From IMG/VR virus record IMGVR_UViG_3300021368_000002: a DNA stretch of 64,000 nucleotides. The stretch is one strand, 5' to 3'. The notes below the pieces were generated by a model that had not been told where the DNA came from, made no database searches, and worked only from the letters and a program-made list of their open reading frames with translations. This DNA is from a virus. Lineage: Duplodnaviria; Caudoviricetes. This document shows, piece after piece, positions 28,127 through 37,872 of the stretch; position 1 is the first letter of the stretch, and each line of letters begins with the position of its first letter. A program made the translations under genes and the position numbers.

Positions 28127-28376
28127 TACGCTTGGCCTCTATTATTTTTTGCATACCACGTTTGAATTTACGAGGATCTCCAGACTTTATGCTATTAATA
28201 AAACGTCTTTCTAATTCACCTGCTGTTTGAGGATCATAAGTTCTGTTTATACGGTTCATTAGATTAATTGCGCTTTCTAATATATTATTCGCACTGGATT
28301 CAATTAGGAAATCATTATCCCTATTAGGATGCAAATTATTAAGTTCTTCAAGTATACTTCTTGTGTGTTTTTTCAT
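28116..28376 (-). CDS. Hypothetical protein
   Basis: Likely start MKKHTRSILEEL at 28376. Confidence 0.5.
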   Translation of the reverse strand: MKKHTRSILEELNNLHPNRDNDFLIESSANNILESAINLMNRINRTYDPQTAGELERRFINSIKSGDPRKFKRGMQKIIEAKRNDS

Positions 28377-28426
28377 TTTATATCCTCGTAATGTATTTAG
28401 CGCAGGAATAAATATGAGTAGTACAC

Positions 28427-29206
28427 TTGGGGGAGGGCATAATGTCAATAAAAGATATGAATTTCAAAGAACGTTCCTTATTATTTGCAAAACTTGCGAG
28501 CATTGCTTATAGTAACGAAAAAGAAGCAAAAAGTCAAGTGAAAAAATTAGGGTTTACAACAGTAGAATTTTACAACAGAGACGGAGCACAAGCATATCGC
28601 TTTATGAACAAAGATGACATTGTTATTGCTTGCCGTGGTACACAACCTTCAGAGTTTAACGATATAAAAGCAGATCTAAAAGCCATGCCAGTAATGGCAG
28701 AAACAGTGTCAAGAGTACACAGAGGATTCAAAGCAGAAGTAGATGAACTTTGGCCAATGGTTGAAGAAGACATCCTCCGCAAAGTTAATATTAAGAAAAC
28801 ACTTTGGTTCTGTGGGCACTCGCTTGGTGCAGCAATGGCAACCATTATGGCAAGTCGTTGCAAACACAACATCGATCTAAACGATCCTATCGAACTATAC
28901 ACATACGGGTCTCCAAGAGTAGGATGGAGAGCATACTGCAAGAGCCTAAACGTTGAACATCATCGTTGGGTAAACAACAATGACGTTGTAGCAAGAGTGC
29001 CACTTGCTATAATGGGGTATGTACATCATGGGCAAGAGCATTACATGAACGCATACGGAAACATTCGCAACATGACACCTTGGCAACGAGTTAAAGATCG
29101 CTGGCGCGGTATGTGGATGGGCATTAAGAAAGGAAGTATTGATAACTTTTCAGATCACAGCATGGTAAACTATGTTGCTAATTTAGAAAGATACAATAAA
29201 GAATGA
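28427..29206 (+). CDS. Lipase class 3 (alpha/beta hydrolase)
   Basis: ACRGT, VHRGF, GHSLG nucleophile elbow, TYGSPRVG, NNNDVV and DH motifs. Confidence 0.92.
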   Translation: MGEGIMSIKDMNFKERSLLFAKLASIAYSNEKEAKSQVKKLGFTTVEFYNRDGAQAYRFMNKDDIVIACRGTQPSEFNDIKADLKAMPVMAETVSRVHRGFKAEVDELWPMVEEDILRKVNIKKTLWFCGHSLGAAMATIMASRCKHNIDLNDPIELYTYGSPRVGWRAYCKSLNVEHHRWVNNNDVVARVPLAIMGYVHHGQEHYMNAYGNIRNMTPWQRVKDRWRGMWMGIKKGSIDNFSDHSMVNYVANLERYNKE

Positions 29207-29207
29207 A

Positions 29208-29423
29208 GTGAAATATTTTTTAGTAGTAATGTTTCTAATGCAAGATGGCACTTGGTTGCCCGGGGACATTATTGCGCCCGATGGCTGGAGTGCTTTGCAA
29301 TTTGAAACAGAAGAGTTGTGTTTAGCCGCAGAAGATAGAATCAACAAAAATTTTAATATGAGTGACTTCGCAGGAAAAGCATACGGCGTTTGCCTAGATT
29401 GGCAGCCAGGAGAGTCTATCTAA
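29208..29423 (+). CDS. Small secreted Cys-containing protein
   Basis: Hydrophobic N-terminus; FETEELC motif. Confidence 0.5.
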   Translation: MKYFLVVMFLMQDGTWLPGDIIAPDGWSALQFETEELCLAAEDRINKNFNMSDFAGKAYGVCLDWQPGESI

Positions 29424-30172
29424 TCCTTACGGATTGAGTTGTTATAGTCTAATGCTTCTTCAAGCAGAGTCATACGAGTATTAGCACTGACGTTTGCACT
29501 GCGTACGGTTGCAAGGGTATCTTTAGGCAAGCAGTGTCCTCCAAAGCCTCGCTCTTTTGTTACGTGGCTATGACTTTCGCCAATACGATCATCAGCTGTA
29601 ATAAACTTACGCACCTTTTCAAAGTCTACACCTTCACCCGCACAATAGTCATACACTTGGTTAAAGAAAGTTACCTTGGTTGCTAGGTAACTATTTCTAA
29701 GTTGCTTCATTAGGATAAGTTCTTCAGGCTCGGCAGGAGTAATATTGATATTACCTAGAGCACCTAAAAACAATCCACTCCAGAATGCTACACTTTCTCC
29801 GCCAAAGTAAAAGTCACGTTTGTTAAGGGCATCTTCTTCCCAGTGTGCCGCACGTAGGAACTCTGGCGAGAACGTTATGTTCTTGTTCTTGCAAGTATCA
29901 GTTATCAATCTCCAACCTTCAGGAGAGATCGTACTCTTAATTAGGATTGGCACATCAGGTGCTTCGTCAATCACATCACACACATTGGTTACATCACAAT
30001 GTCCACTTACGTCTTTTTGCGGTGTGCTAACACATATAATTATTGCATCTGCGTGAGCAAGATTACCGTACTCGCCCTGTGCAGGATCTGAGATTATAAT
30101 CTCATGTGATTGTTTAAATATCTTTTCGTGGGCCTTGCCAACAAAGCCGTAACCTGCAATACCTATTTTCAT
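29420..30172 (-). CDS. UDP-glucose/GDP-mannose dehydrogenase family protein (lacks C-terminal domain)
   Basis: GYGFVG, ICVSTP, IKSTI, SPEFLR and GFGGHCLPKD motifs. Confidence 0.9.
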   Translation of the reverse strand: MKIGIAGYGFVGKAHEKIFKQSHEIIISDPAQGEYGNLAHADAIIICVSTPQKDVSGHCDVTNVCDVIDEAPDVPILIKSTISPEGWRLITDTCKNKNITFSPEFLRAAHWEEDALNKRDFYFGGESVAFWSGLFLGALGNINITPAEPEELILMKQLRNSYLATKVTFFNQVYDYCAGEGVDFEKVRKFITADDRIGESHSHVTKERGFGGHCLPKDTLATVRSANVSANTRMTLLEEALDYNNSIRKD

Positions 30173-30405
30173 CGTTTACCTAATGCTCTTAGCATCATCT
30201 CCTGATCATGTTTCTTTAAATAGTCTTCTTCTATGTCACCATAGGTGCTACACTTATCTAGTTCCTGTTGCACAAAGAACAGTAGTTCGTACAGTTCTCG
30301 TTTGCTACCCCAAGTGTTAAAGCCGTCCATCCTTGGATCTGTTGCGGCCCAAGTGATCTTGCCTATGGTTCTACAGATATCTTTTATGTCCCAATCTTTT
30401 ATCAT
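30169..30405 (-). CDS. Hypothetical protein
   Basis: 78 aa ORF coupled to the dehydrogenase gene. Confidence 0.5.
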   Translation of the reverse strand: MIKDWDIKDICRTIGKITWAATDPRMDGFNTWGSKRELYELLFFVQQELDKCSTYGDIEEDYLKKHDQEMMLRALGKR

Positions 30406-30442
30406 ACAATATATAACATAGTTTTGTTATCAAGTCAAGAAA

Positions 30443-30472
30443 AAAGGCAGTGTCGTCGTTCACTGCCTTGGC
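30443..30472. terminator. Intrinsic terminator hairpin
   Basis: A6-GGCAGTG-TCGTCGTT-CACTGCC. Confidence 0.55.
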
Positions 30473-30475
30473 TTC

Positions 30476-31447
30476 TTAAAGTCCGTTTGGTAAGATCACA
30501 TAATGGATAGCCAATACCAGTGCAACTGATGCACCCAAGCCTACCATCATCTTACCAAAGTCTTTTGCAACAAGTGGAAACACTGATTTGGTTTTCTTCT
30601 TACCAAAGTATGTTGCCATTGCAAGTTCTCGTCCTGCAAGTAAACCTACGAACACCCAAGTTGTACTCATTGGGATGTCATTCAGTTCCTTAAAGAAGTA
30701 CAAGCACAACCAATAGAACAAGTCGATCAATGTAGCACTACGCACATATCGTGTGTTGTGCTTCTCTAGAACAATCTGTTGGATCTTGCCGCCTTTTTCT
30801 CTAAACATAAAGAACAAGCCCGCAACAAACACAACCGATATAAAGATCATCATATCAACTGGCACCACCCGTGGTAGGAAAACTGCGATGTTTGCCATGT
30901 CATGACTTAGCCATGTCCACCACAAGCCGCCTGTTGCTACCCATTGTGCAATACGCCAAAACTTCTTGTTGCCTTCGCTAACTGGCTGTGTTTCATCATA
31001 CCACTTAGCAAAGAACTTGTGTATTGCAAACCAAATGCAATATGCAAATGCGGCTGCAACACCGTAACCCATAATAGATTTCATTAGCATTTTTTCCAAC
31101 ACAAAGGTTGAAGCAAATACTGATAGAACTAAGAATGAAGTTGATACCGGCACACCAAGTCTAGTAAGGGCTACTAGGATAGCAGGTGCTGCCGCATGAT
31201 ACCATTGGACTTCCTGCCAAGGTATTCTCGTTAGTCGTTCGTAACTGATGTCTCCACCATTTACACTCCAACCATACCACAGGGTTGCAAGTAACACTGC
31301 ACTTGCCGCGGCCCATAATGTTTTATAGTTGAATCTCTCATTGTTTGATGCCATCCATGTACCGAGAGTTTGTACTGAATCGTTTGCTATAACCGCATAT
31401 GCGGCAAGCAGGAACCCAACAAGGCTCCATAGTGTGAATGCGTCCAT
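30476..31447 (-). CDS. PiT/PHO4-like phosphate (or sulfate) permease
   Basis: About 9 TM helices; AND/HD signature halves (IANDSV, SHDMAN) and PVSTS/PMSTT repeats. Confidence 0.7.
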   Translation of the reverse strand: MDAFTLWSLVGFLLAAYAVIANDSVQTLGTWMASNNERFNYKTLWAAASAVLLATLWYGWSVNGGDISYERLTRIPWQEVQWYHAAAPAILVALTRLGVPVSTSFLVLSVFASTFVLEKMLMKSIMGYGVAAAFAYCIWFAIHKFFAKWYDETQPVSEGNKKFWRIAQWVATGGLWWTWLSHDMANIAVFLPRVVPVDMMIFISVVFVAGLFFMFREKGGKIQQIVLEKHNTRYVRSATLIDLFYWLCLYFFKELNDIPMSTTWVFVGLLAGRELAMATYFGKKKTKSVFPLVAKDFGKMMVGLGASVALVLAIHYVILPNGL

Positions 31448-31824
31448 TTTTTATCTCCTCGCTTGACGGCTTTACCCCGTCGCTCACTATTAAGACCGAG
31501 CTCGACGTCTGCTCGGCAATGTTATTTACACTATAAGATAAATTCTTAACTGTGTCAACCTAAAGTTGACAGACTCATGCAAAAATAGCATAACAGTCTT
31601 TACAAAAAAGCAGTAGACTTTTGTGTTATACTATAGTATAGTATGATAAATAGTTGGGAATAGGACAGTGATACTGCACTATTTTAAACTCCTAGAGCGT
31701 CTTCAGCTCTATAAAAATGATGAAGGGCATTTCCTATGCCATACAAAGGTAGCGCCGGGAGAGACCGGGGTACGTGACAGACCTTATTAGCCACACATAC
31801 ACATATACAAAGGAGAATGTAGCA

Positions 31825-32061
31825 ATGACTACACTAATCAATACGGCCAATTGGGTTGGCCTGCCATCTATCGCGGGATGGTTAAAGAAGCAAAGCGTAA
31901 AAATCAAAGCAAGAAGACTTGCAAATCAAACTGTAAAAGAACTATCAAGACTTTCAGATCGTGAACTAAACGATATGGGTCTTTCACGCTGTGACATTCG
32001 TTATATTGCTGAGAAGCATTATGATGATATGGTAAACAAAAATCTAGTGGGGTGGGTGTAA
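31825..32061 (+). CDS. DUF1127 (YjiS-like) small protein
   Basis: TVKELSRLSDRELNDMGLSRCDI motif; AGGAG SD before ATG 31825. Confidence 0.85.
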   Translation: MTTLINTANWVGLPSIAGWLKKQSVKIKARRLANQTVKELSRLSDRELNDMGLSRCDIRYIAEKHYDDMVNKNLVGWV

Positions 32062-32267
32062 TGACTGCAATAACTCACACTAGTTTTTATACAATCACCT
32101 GTAAAGTTTGTACTGTAATTAGAAATGCACTAATTGCATTTTTTGTTGGCATGATCGCAATGGGCGAAAATGCTGGCAGATCAAGAGCTGCTGCTGAACT
32201 AGCTCGTAACGGAATGATGGATGAAGCCAAAGCTCTAATGCTAAGAAAGGATAAAGAAGATGTATAG
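32052..32267 (+). CDS. Small protein resembling Rhodobacterales short DUF1127-like proteins
   Basis: GRSRAAAELARNG..EAKALM segment. Confidence 0.5.
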   Translation: MGVMTAITHTSFYTITCKVCTVIRNALIAFFVGMIAMGENAGRSRAAAELARNGMMDEAKALMLRKDKEDV

Positions 32268-32370
32268 TTGGAAAGACTTAGTTAAAACAACTGCTATCTT
32301 TATCGGAATGATGGCATTCCTTGCTGCATTCCTAACATTAAACGGATTGCATTACGCAGGAGTTCTATAA
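32260..32370 (+). CDS. 36-aa membrane peptide (below ORF-track cutoff)
   Basis: MYSWKDLVKTTAIFIGMMAFLAAFLTLNGLHYAGVL*; overlaps the upstream stop. Confidence 0.45.
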   Translation: MYSWKDLVKTTAIFIGMMAFLAAFLTLNGLHYAGVL

Positions 32371-32374
32371 TAAG

Positions 32375-32584
32375 ATGAGCGGACAACGCCGCTGGTTGAA
32401 ATGGTGGGCAAGAACTGTTGGTATGCCTATTGGTATTACCGATGACGACAAACCAGAGTTCCTGCCTATTAGCCAAAAAGACGTAAAGCGAGCTTTATGG
32501 GCTCGCACCTTTTGGATCATACTGCACATTCTAACGTGTTTTATGATCATTGCAGGAAACGGCAGAGCATTAGGTCTGTGGTAA
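32375..32584 (+). CDS. Small membrane protein
   Basis: C-terminal TM segment; operon context. Confidence 0.5.
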   Translation: MSGQRRWLKWWARTVGMPIGITDDDKPEFLPISQKDVKRALWARTFWIILHILTCFMIIAGNGRALGLW

Positions 32585-32678
32585 CTGCTACAAAACAGCA
32601 CATCACCTATCGCAAGGGTTGACATTACGCCAAACCCTTGCTATATATTATACACAGATTTACACGGAAGGAATCGTA

Positions 32679-33110
32679 ATGAGAAATCTTATCACTGCCG
32701 CCGCCCTTGCCAGTTTTATTACAGTACCAGCATTTGCAGCGGATATTTCAATCGATATGTTAAACAAGCGAGATGACGGAGCCAAAATGGTTTACGGTCA
32801 AGATATTGCTACTGTTGACGTAGGCGACACTATTACTTGGCTACCAACATCTAAAGGACACAATGTAGAATTTATTGCAGGTCCAGATGGTTGGGAAGCG
32901 CCAAAGAAATCTAAACTATCAAAAGAATATTCATATACATTTGACACACCAGGTGTATACTTGTATCAATGCACGCCACACAAAAGCATGGGCATGATTG
33001 CTCTTGTCGTAGTTGGTGAAGACACTTCTAACCTAGACGCAGTAGCTGACGCAAAGGTGCGTGGCAAATCCAAGAAGAAACTCAAGGAACTGCTAGGTGA
33101 CATTAACTAA
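32679..33110 (+). CDS. paz: Pseudoazurin (type-1 blue copper protein)
   Basis: Signal peptide; MLNK, GDTITW, GHNV and YQCTPHKSMGMIALVVVG give the His/Cys/His/Met copper ligands. Confidence 0.92.
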   Translation: MRNLITAAALASFITVPAFAADISIDMLNKRDDGAKMVYGQDIATVDVGDTITWLPTSKGHNVEFIAGPDGWEAPKKSKLSKEYSYTFDTPGVYLYQCTPHKSMGMIALVVVGEDTSNLDAVADAKVRGKSKKKLKELLGDIN

Positions 33111-33513
33111 GATAACATCCCGCATACCGGAGTTCTGTATGAGTCATTGGCTCATACGGATTCCACTCATTGTAGTATTCCTACAGCAAGGCTTTGCCAA
33201 ATGGCCTATTGATCTTGACACTGCTGAATCGTTTGGACTAACACTGTTGGTTTGGACGTTTGTTGTGTTGGGTGAGATTGGTGCAGGCTTTGGACTTATT
33301 GCTGGAGGAATACTTTATTATTTTAAAAACTGGATTAAGGAACTAGGTGATCTAATCACACGTTTCTCAGGCATTGTTATCACAGGTATTATGACTGGTG
33401 TCATATGGGTAGGAGAGCCAGACAGTTTTTGGGACGTAATACTTTATGATAACTTCCACGTCCTGTTATGGGTCGGCGGTATGTATTTTGCACTAAGAGG
33501 GAATAGAACATGA
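33097..33513 (+). CDS. DoxX-family membrane protein
   Basis: LIRIPL.VVFLQQGFAKW; four TM helices. Confidence 0.7.
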   Translation: MTLTKITSRIPEFCMSHWLIRIPLIVVFLQQGFAKWPIDLDTAESFGLTLLVWTFVVLGEIGAGFGLIAGGILYYFKNWIKELGDLITRFSGIVITGIMTGVIWVGEPDSFWDVILYDNFHVLLWVGGMYFALRGNRT

Positions 33514-33731
33514 ATAAGCCAAATACAAAATTTGAACTGAGTGTGAAAGATATTAGGATTATCGAAGAAGCACTTAACAATAAAGTATCTCGTAGAAGCA
33601 AGCGGATGCTTGAAGGAGAAGATCCTGAAATACTAATGTCTGAAGCAAAAGAAATTAGAGATCTATTAGGCCGATTGCATAATCAAAAACAGTTTTATCG
33701 TCCAACCAAAGGCGTCTACGTTGGTGGTTGA
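33510..33731 (+). CDS. Hypothetical protein
   Basis: 73 aa coupled ORF. Confidence 0.5.
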   Translation: MNKPNTKFELSVKDIRIIEEALNNKVSRRSKRMLEGEDPEILMSEAKEIRDLLGRLHNQKQFYRPTKGVYVGG

Positions 33732-33791
33732 CAAATACTAAATAATACGTTATATTAATAACACTACACACAGACACAGAAGGAGAATACA

Positions 33792-34103
33792 ATGTCAAAA
33801 GTAGAAACAACCTACGGGGAAACTATCCTCAAACAAACACAAGAAATTGCCGATATGTTTAAACAGGCAATGCCAAAAGTATCAACTAATAAAAACGGTT
33901 ACGAAATTCGCACTAAAGTACTAGAGATGGCTCAAAATAATGTTTGGCAAGATTATCACGCTAAACTGGGTGCATTTGAAACTTCAATTAAGAAGGATGG
34001 TGACGAAGTAGTGACCAAAGTAACAATGCCAGAAGTACCAGGCGTTGACGCTGTGATGGAAGCTGCTGAAAAGTTTTATGCTTTCGTTAACGGTAATAAA
34101 TAA
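33792..34103 (+). CDS. Hypothetical phage protein
   Basis: Own TTGACA promoter at about 33729 and AGGAG SD. Confidence 0.6.
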   Translation: MSKVETTYGETILKQTQEIADMFKQAMPKVSTNKNGYEIRTKVLEMAQNNVWQDYHAKLGAFETSIKKDGDEVVTKVTMPEVPGVDAVMEAAEKFYAFVNGNK

Positions 34104-34195
34104 AGTATAACAAAAAGAACATTGTGGGCATAGCCCAGCGTAAAGTAATTTAAAGTAGCAGCCCCTAGTTATTAATTTAGCTAGGGGTTAATCTT

Positions 34196-34945
34196 TTATG
34201 GGCTACGATTATTTAGATGTTCTTGATTATCCATTTCGTGTAACACACCTTCACCAAACACGCCCATTTCGTGCGAGCCTGAGATACTTGCTAGTTGGAA
34301 TTGGATGTCAGTCTTTTCTGCGTACACAAATGGTATGCGTCTTTGGATATTCATATTGTTGAAGAATGTTGTTCGTGCTACGTTTAAGATCCTGCCTGAT
34401 TCATTAGCAACATAGTTTCTAAACACCGCAGGTTTTGCCGCTGTGTTATCTGCTGAGAAAGCATCAATACGATATAGAGCAAACTGGTAGCCTCTAGGTA
34501 TAGTCGATATGCTGTCTTGGCAACGACCATCCCCTGGACGTATGCCTTTGTAGTATGTGGGTGTTCCAGCTAAGTCATCGCCTATGTCAATTGTTCCTGC
34601 GTTTGATCCTGCAAGTATGATAGCACCATTTAGTCTTAGATATTCTTTTGTAGTGCTAACCACACTTGTGCCTGCGAGTGTGACTGTTTCACTTATCCTG
34701 TCATAGTTAGCATCTAGTCCTTGTATGAGCAAGTTCATTGTGTCTGCGGCATTGGTGCTTTTGACTTGCATTATCTGTGCGGCTGGAGGAAACACATAGT
34801 CTGTGGTATCACCTCTATACCACATTGCTCTTAGGTTAGTGCCAGCATCTTCATTATAGCCAAATATGTTCCACGCTTCGTTGCCATTAGTTTTACCTAG
34901 TGCAACTGCGGCTTCCCAGTTGATATACTTGTCATTACTTGCCAT
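34196..34945 (-). CDS. Probable virion structural protein
   Basis: Beta-rich ORF with GLDANY..ISETVTL.GT..V.TTKEYLR segment. Confidence 0.5.
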   Translation of the reverse strand: MASNDKYINWEAAVALGKTNGNEAWNIFGYNEDAGTNLRAMWYRGDTTDYVFPPAAQIMQVKSTNAADTMNLLIQGLDANYDRISETVTLAGTSVVSTTKEYLRLNGAIILAGSNAGTIDIGDDLAGTPTYYKGIRPGDGRCQDSISTIPRGYQFALYRIDAFSADNTAAKPAVFRNYVANESGRILNVARTTFFNNMNIQRRIPFVYAEKTDIQFQLASISGSHEMGVFGEGVLHEMDNQEHLNNRSP

Positions 34946-35231
34946 ATGGTGAAGGGTCCTTCACTCTAATATCTGCTGGATGCTTAGGACCATTTACACC
35001 GCCGCCTGCGTCAGTTGTGACAGCGTCAACTGGAGCAACTACCTCGTTTGGAGCATTACTTAACGGGCTTGCATTGTCTCTATTTTGTAACATTGCAAGT
35101 ATTTGCTTAAATCTACTTGTTTGCTCACCTGGTTCATTAGGTACACTCACATCAACACTCATTGTAGGTTGTTGTTGTTCTTCTTGGTCTAGTAAATCTA
35201 GTACAGCTCTAATAATATCTTGCGCTCGCAT
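34935..35231 (-). CDS. Hypothetical protein
   Basis: Starts MRAQDIIRAV; late-type TAAATA box upstream. Confidence 0.5.
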   Translation of the reverse strand: MRAQDIIRAVLDLLDQEEQQQPTMSVDVSVPNEPGEQTSRFKQILAMLQNRDNASPLSNAPNEVVAPVDAVTTDAGGGVNGPKHPADIRVKDPSPYGK

Positions 35232-35268
35232 TTAAAACTCCTGTTATTGTATTTAGCGTAAATAACAT

Positions 35269-36468
35269 ATGATAGATAAAGAACCATTTGAACAGATACT
35301 TAAAGATTTAAAAGATCAAGGCAAGTATCGAGTTTTCAACGATATTGTTAGAGAGCGAGGGGATTTCCCTACAGCCATATGGTATGGACCGTATGCAATC
35401 AAAAATATTGTTAACTGGTGTTCGAATGACTATCTAGGTATGGGTCAAAACAAGGTAGTTATTGACGCAATGCATACTGCACTTGATCAAACAGGAAGTG
35501 GATCAGGTGGCACTAGAAACATTGGCGGCACATCACATTATCATGTTGCCCTTGAATTGGAACTAGCGTCTCTACACAGTAAAGAGAGTGCGCTCTTGTT
35601 CACTTCGGCATATGTCGCCAATGAATGGTCACTAATAGCTCTAAGCAAAATTGTTCCCGACATTGTGTTTTTGAGTGATTCAAAAAATCATGCAAGCCTC
35701 ATACAGGGTATCCGACACAGTGGTGCTGACAAACTAATATGGCAGCACAACAATATGAGTGATTTAGAGGAGAAGTTAGCACAAGTTACCGCCGAAGGAC
35801 GAACACCTTGCATAGTCTTTGAGTCTGTGTATAGCATGGATGGTGATGTCTCGCCAATTTCTTCGATCTGCGATCTAGCAGACACTTATGGTGCTATGAC
35901 CTATATTGACGAAGTCCACGCTGTAGGATTGTATGGAGAAGCTGGAGCAGGGTATCTAGAGAAGCTAGGTATTAAAGATAGGGTTGATATAGTCAATGGC
36001 ACTTTAGGTAAGGCCTTTGGTGTACAGGGTGGATACATAGCTGCCGATAGGACCGTTATAGACGCAATCAGATCTGTGTCTAGTGGATTCATATTCACCA
36101 CCAGCACTAGTCCTGTGATTTGTGCCGGTGCCCTTGCATCTATAAAATATCTAAAAGACCATAATGAGCTAAGAGAACAACATCAAGAAAGAGCTGCTTC
36201 TTTAAAACTTATGCTGAAACAAAAAGGTATAGAAGTATTAGAAGATGCTTGTACACACATCATACCAGTAATGGTAAGAGATGCCAAAAGATGCAAATCA
36301 ATGAGTGATGCATTATTAAATGATTATGGTATATACATACAGCCAATTAATTATCCAACAGTGGCTGTCGGGGAAGAACGTTTACGCATCGCGCCTACTC
36401 CTTTACATACAGATGCGATGATGCATCATTTAGTTGATGCACTTAGAAAGGTATTCGATGAATATTAA
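35269..36468 (+). CDS. hemA: 5-aminolevulinate synthase (Shemin C4 pathway)
   Basis: [45 protein letters not shown] Lys in [16 protein letters not shown] and [10 protein letters not shown] motifs. Confidence 0.95.
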   Translation: MIDKEPFEQILKDLKDQGKYRVFNDIVRERGDFPTAIWYGPYAIKNIVNWCSNDYLGMGQNKVVIDAMHTALDQTGSGSGGTRNIGGTSHYHVALELELASLHSKESALLFTSAYVANEWSLIALSKIVPDIVFLSDSKNHASLIQGIRHSGADKLIWQHNNMSDLEEKLAQVTAEGRTPCIVFESVYSMDGDVSPISSICDLADTYGAMTYIDEVHAVGLYGEAGAGYLEKLGIKDRVDIVNGTLGKAFGVQGGYIAADRTVIDAIRSVSSGFIFTTSTSPVICAGALASIKYLKDHNELREQHQERAASLKLMLKQKGIEVLEDACTHIIPVMVRDAKRCKSMSDALLNDYGIYIQPINYPTVAVGEERLRIAPTPLHTDAMMHHLVDALRKVFDEY

Positions 36469-36874
36469 AAAAACGTTTTGGCTAGTCTTGGGCTTTATGA
36501 GTCTCGGAATGGCCTATGTAGGAGTTGTCGTTCCTGGCATTCCATTTAGTATCTTCTTAGTATTTGCTGCCTATTGTTTTGCAAAAAGTTCTAAGCGGAT
36601 GCATGATTGGATTTACAATCACAAATACTTTGGTCCTTTCCTAACTAACTGGACGCAAAAAAGTGTGTTTCCTACCAAAGGCAAATACGCAATGATTCTA
36701 GTGATGGCATCGTCACTTGCATTCCTTTGGTTCACTACAGAAAATATCAAAGCTGTTGCTTGGAGCGGAGGGTTCATGGCACTGGTTGCAATTTGGGCAT
36801 GGAGGTTTCCAGGAACAGTCGACGAATGGCAAAGACGAAAAGATCAAGGTCTAAAGATAGGCTGGATAAAGTAA
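36458..36874 (+). CDS. ybaN: YbaN/DUF454 inner-membrane protein
   Basis: [21 protein letters not shown] and FGP..TNW motifs. Confidence 0.85.
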   Translation: MNIKKTFWLVLGFMSLGMAYVGVVVPGIPFSIFLVFAAYCFAKSSKRMHDWIYNHKYFGPFLTNWTQKSVFPTKGKYAMILVMASSLAFLWFTTENIKAVAWSGGFMALVAIWAWRFPGTVDEWQRRKDQGLKIGWIK

Positions 36875-36885
36875 AGGCCCCGCTG

Positions 36886-37485
36886 TTACAGGTAGGGTTC
36901 CCAACTAGGATGCCGTACATCAATTTCTAATTGCTTACGCTTGTTCACAAGTTCCCAGTAATCAGGTTGGTACGGCATTTTTAGTGGCTTCATTTTCATT
37001 TTGTTGCCTTTGGAACTATTACATGGCCCGCAAGCAGCGACAATGTTGTTCCATGCGGTTTTGCCTCCCATACTAAGTGGTCGGACGTGATCTAATGTTA
37101 ATAATCTTCTAGGGAATTGTGTGTTGCAGTATTGACAAGTGTAAAGGTCGCGGAGGTAAAGGTTAGTTTTAGAGAATCTAGGCGTTCGCCGTCGCCGTTG
37201 AAATTCTTTAAGCATAATCACAGCAGGAACTTTAGTTTCCCAATTTGCACTGCTAACAACCCAATCATCATACCATTCAAGTACATCACACTTGTCTAGC
37301 CACATATAGGTAATGGCTTCTTTCCATTGTACAGCTGATAAAGGTAAGTATGAAACGGGTTGTGCGTCTGCATTTAACACAAGAACATCTGACACAACTA
37401 GAACTCCTTTTGGACTAGTATTAATATTTATCAGTGGGAATACACACAGCTTGAGTATTGGTAGGAAAATAGCCTTCAGAACCAC
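36886..37485 (-). CDS. HNH endonuclease (McrA-like)
   Basis: LVLNAD.QP, RDLYTCQYC, TLDHVRPLSMGG and NIVAACGPCNSSKGN motifs. Confidence 0.92.
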   Translation of the reverse strand: MVLKAIFLPILKLCVFPLININTSPKGVLVVSDVLVLNADAQPVSYLPLSAVQWKEAITYMWLDKCDVLEWYDDWVVSSANWETKVPAVIMLKEFQRRRRTPRFSKTNLYLRDLYTCQYCNTQFPRRLLTLDHVRPLSMGGKTAWNNIVAACGPCNSSKGNKMKMKPLKMPYQPDYWELVNKRKQLEIDVRHPSWEPYL

Positions 37486-37621
37486 CTACTGTGAAACTTA
37501 GTTTTTCTCTTGCTTCAAAGCATTCTATCATATCATCGAACACATCACCATTAGGTCCTAGTGCATTCACTGCAATAGGATCAGTACCGCCTAAGATAAT
37601 ATATACCAACATCCATTTCAT
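37421..37621 (-). CDS. Small secreted Cys-containing protein
   Basis: Hydrophobic N-terminus; FDDMIEC motif. Confidence 0.5.
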   Translation of the reverse strand: MKWMLVYIILGGTDPIAVNALGPNGDVFDDMIECFEAREKLSFTVGGSEGYFPTNTQAVCIPTDKY

Positions 37622-37872
37622 ATCGATTCACCTTGTTCTATTTGGCTTGCTTCAAGAAAATCTTTTAGTTTGTCCTCATTGACACACAAGAGCTTCTCTA
37701 GGCCATCTCCAGGAAATTCATCTTTCAAATGTAGATATATTGTAGGACCATTATCCTTTACCCATTCTACGCATTGTTCGGGATTATCAAAAATAGGATT
37801 GCTCCAAATGTAAACATCCTTTTGGTCTCCACTATAAACAAGAGACATAATTGCAACTAGGAAGACTTTCAT
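37618..37872 (-). CDS. Small secreted Cys-containing protein
   Basis: Hydrophobic N-terminus; FDNPEQC motif. Confidence 0.5.
   Translation of the reverse strand: MKVFLVAIMSLVYSGDQKDVYIWSNPIFDNPEQCVEWVKDNGPTIYLHLKDEFPGDGLEKLLCVNEDKLKDFLEASQIEQGESI

Noticed and set aside
31715-31760. Hammerhead ribozyme (UGAUGA followed by a stem)
   Set aside because: Lacks the C of CUGAUGA and has no GAAA after stem II.
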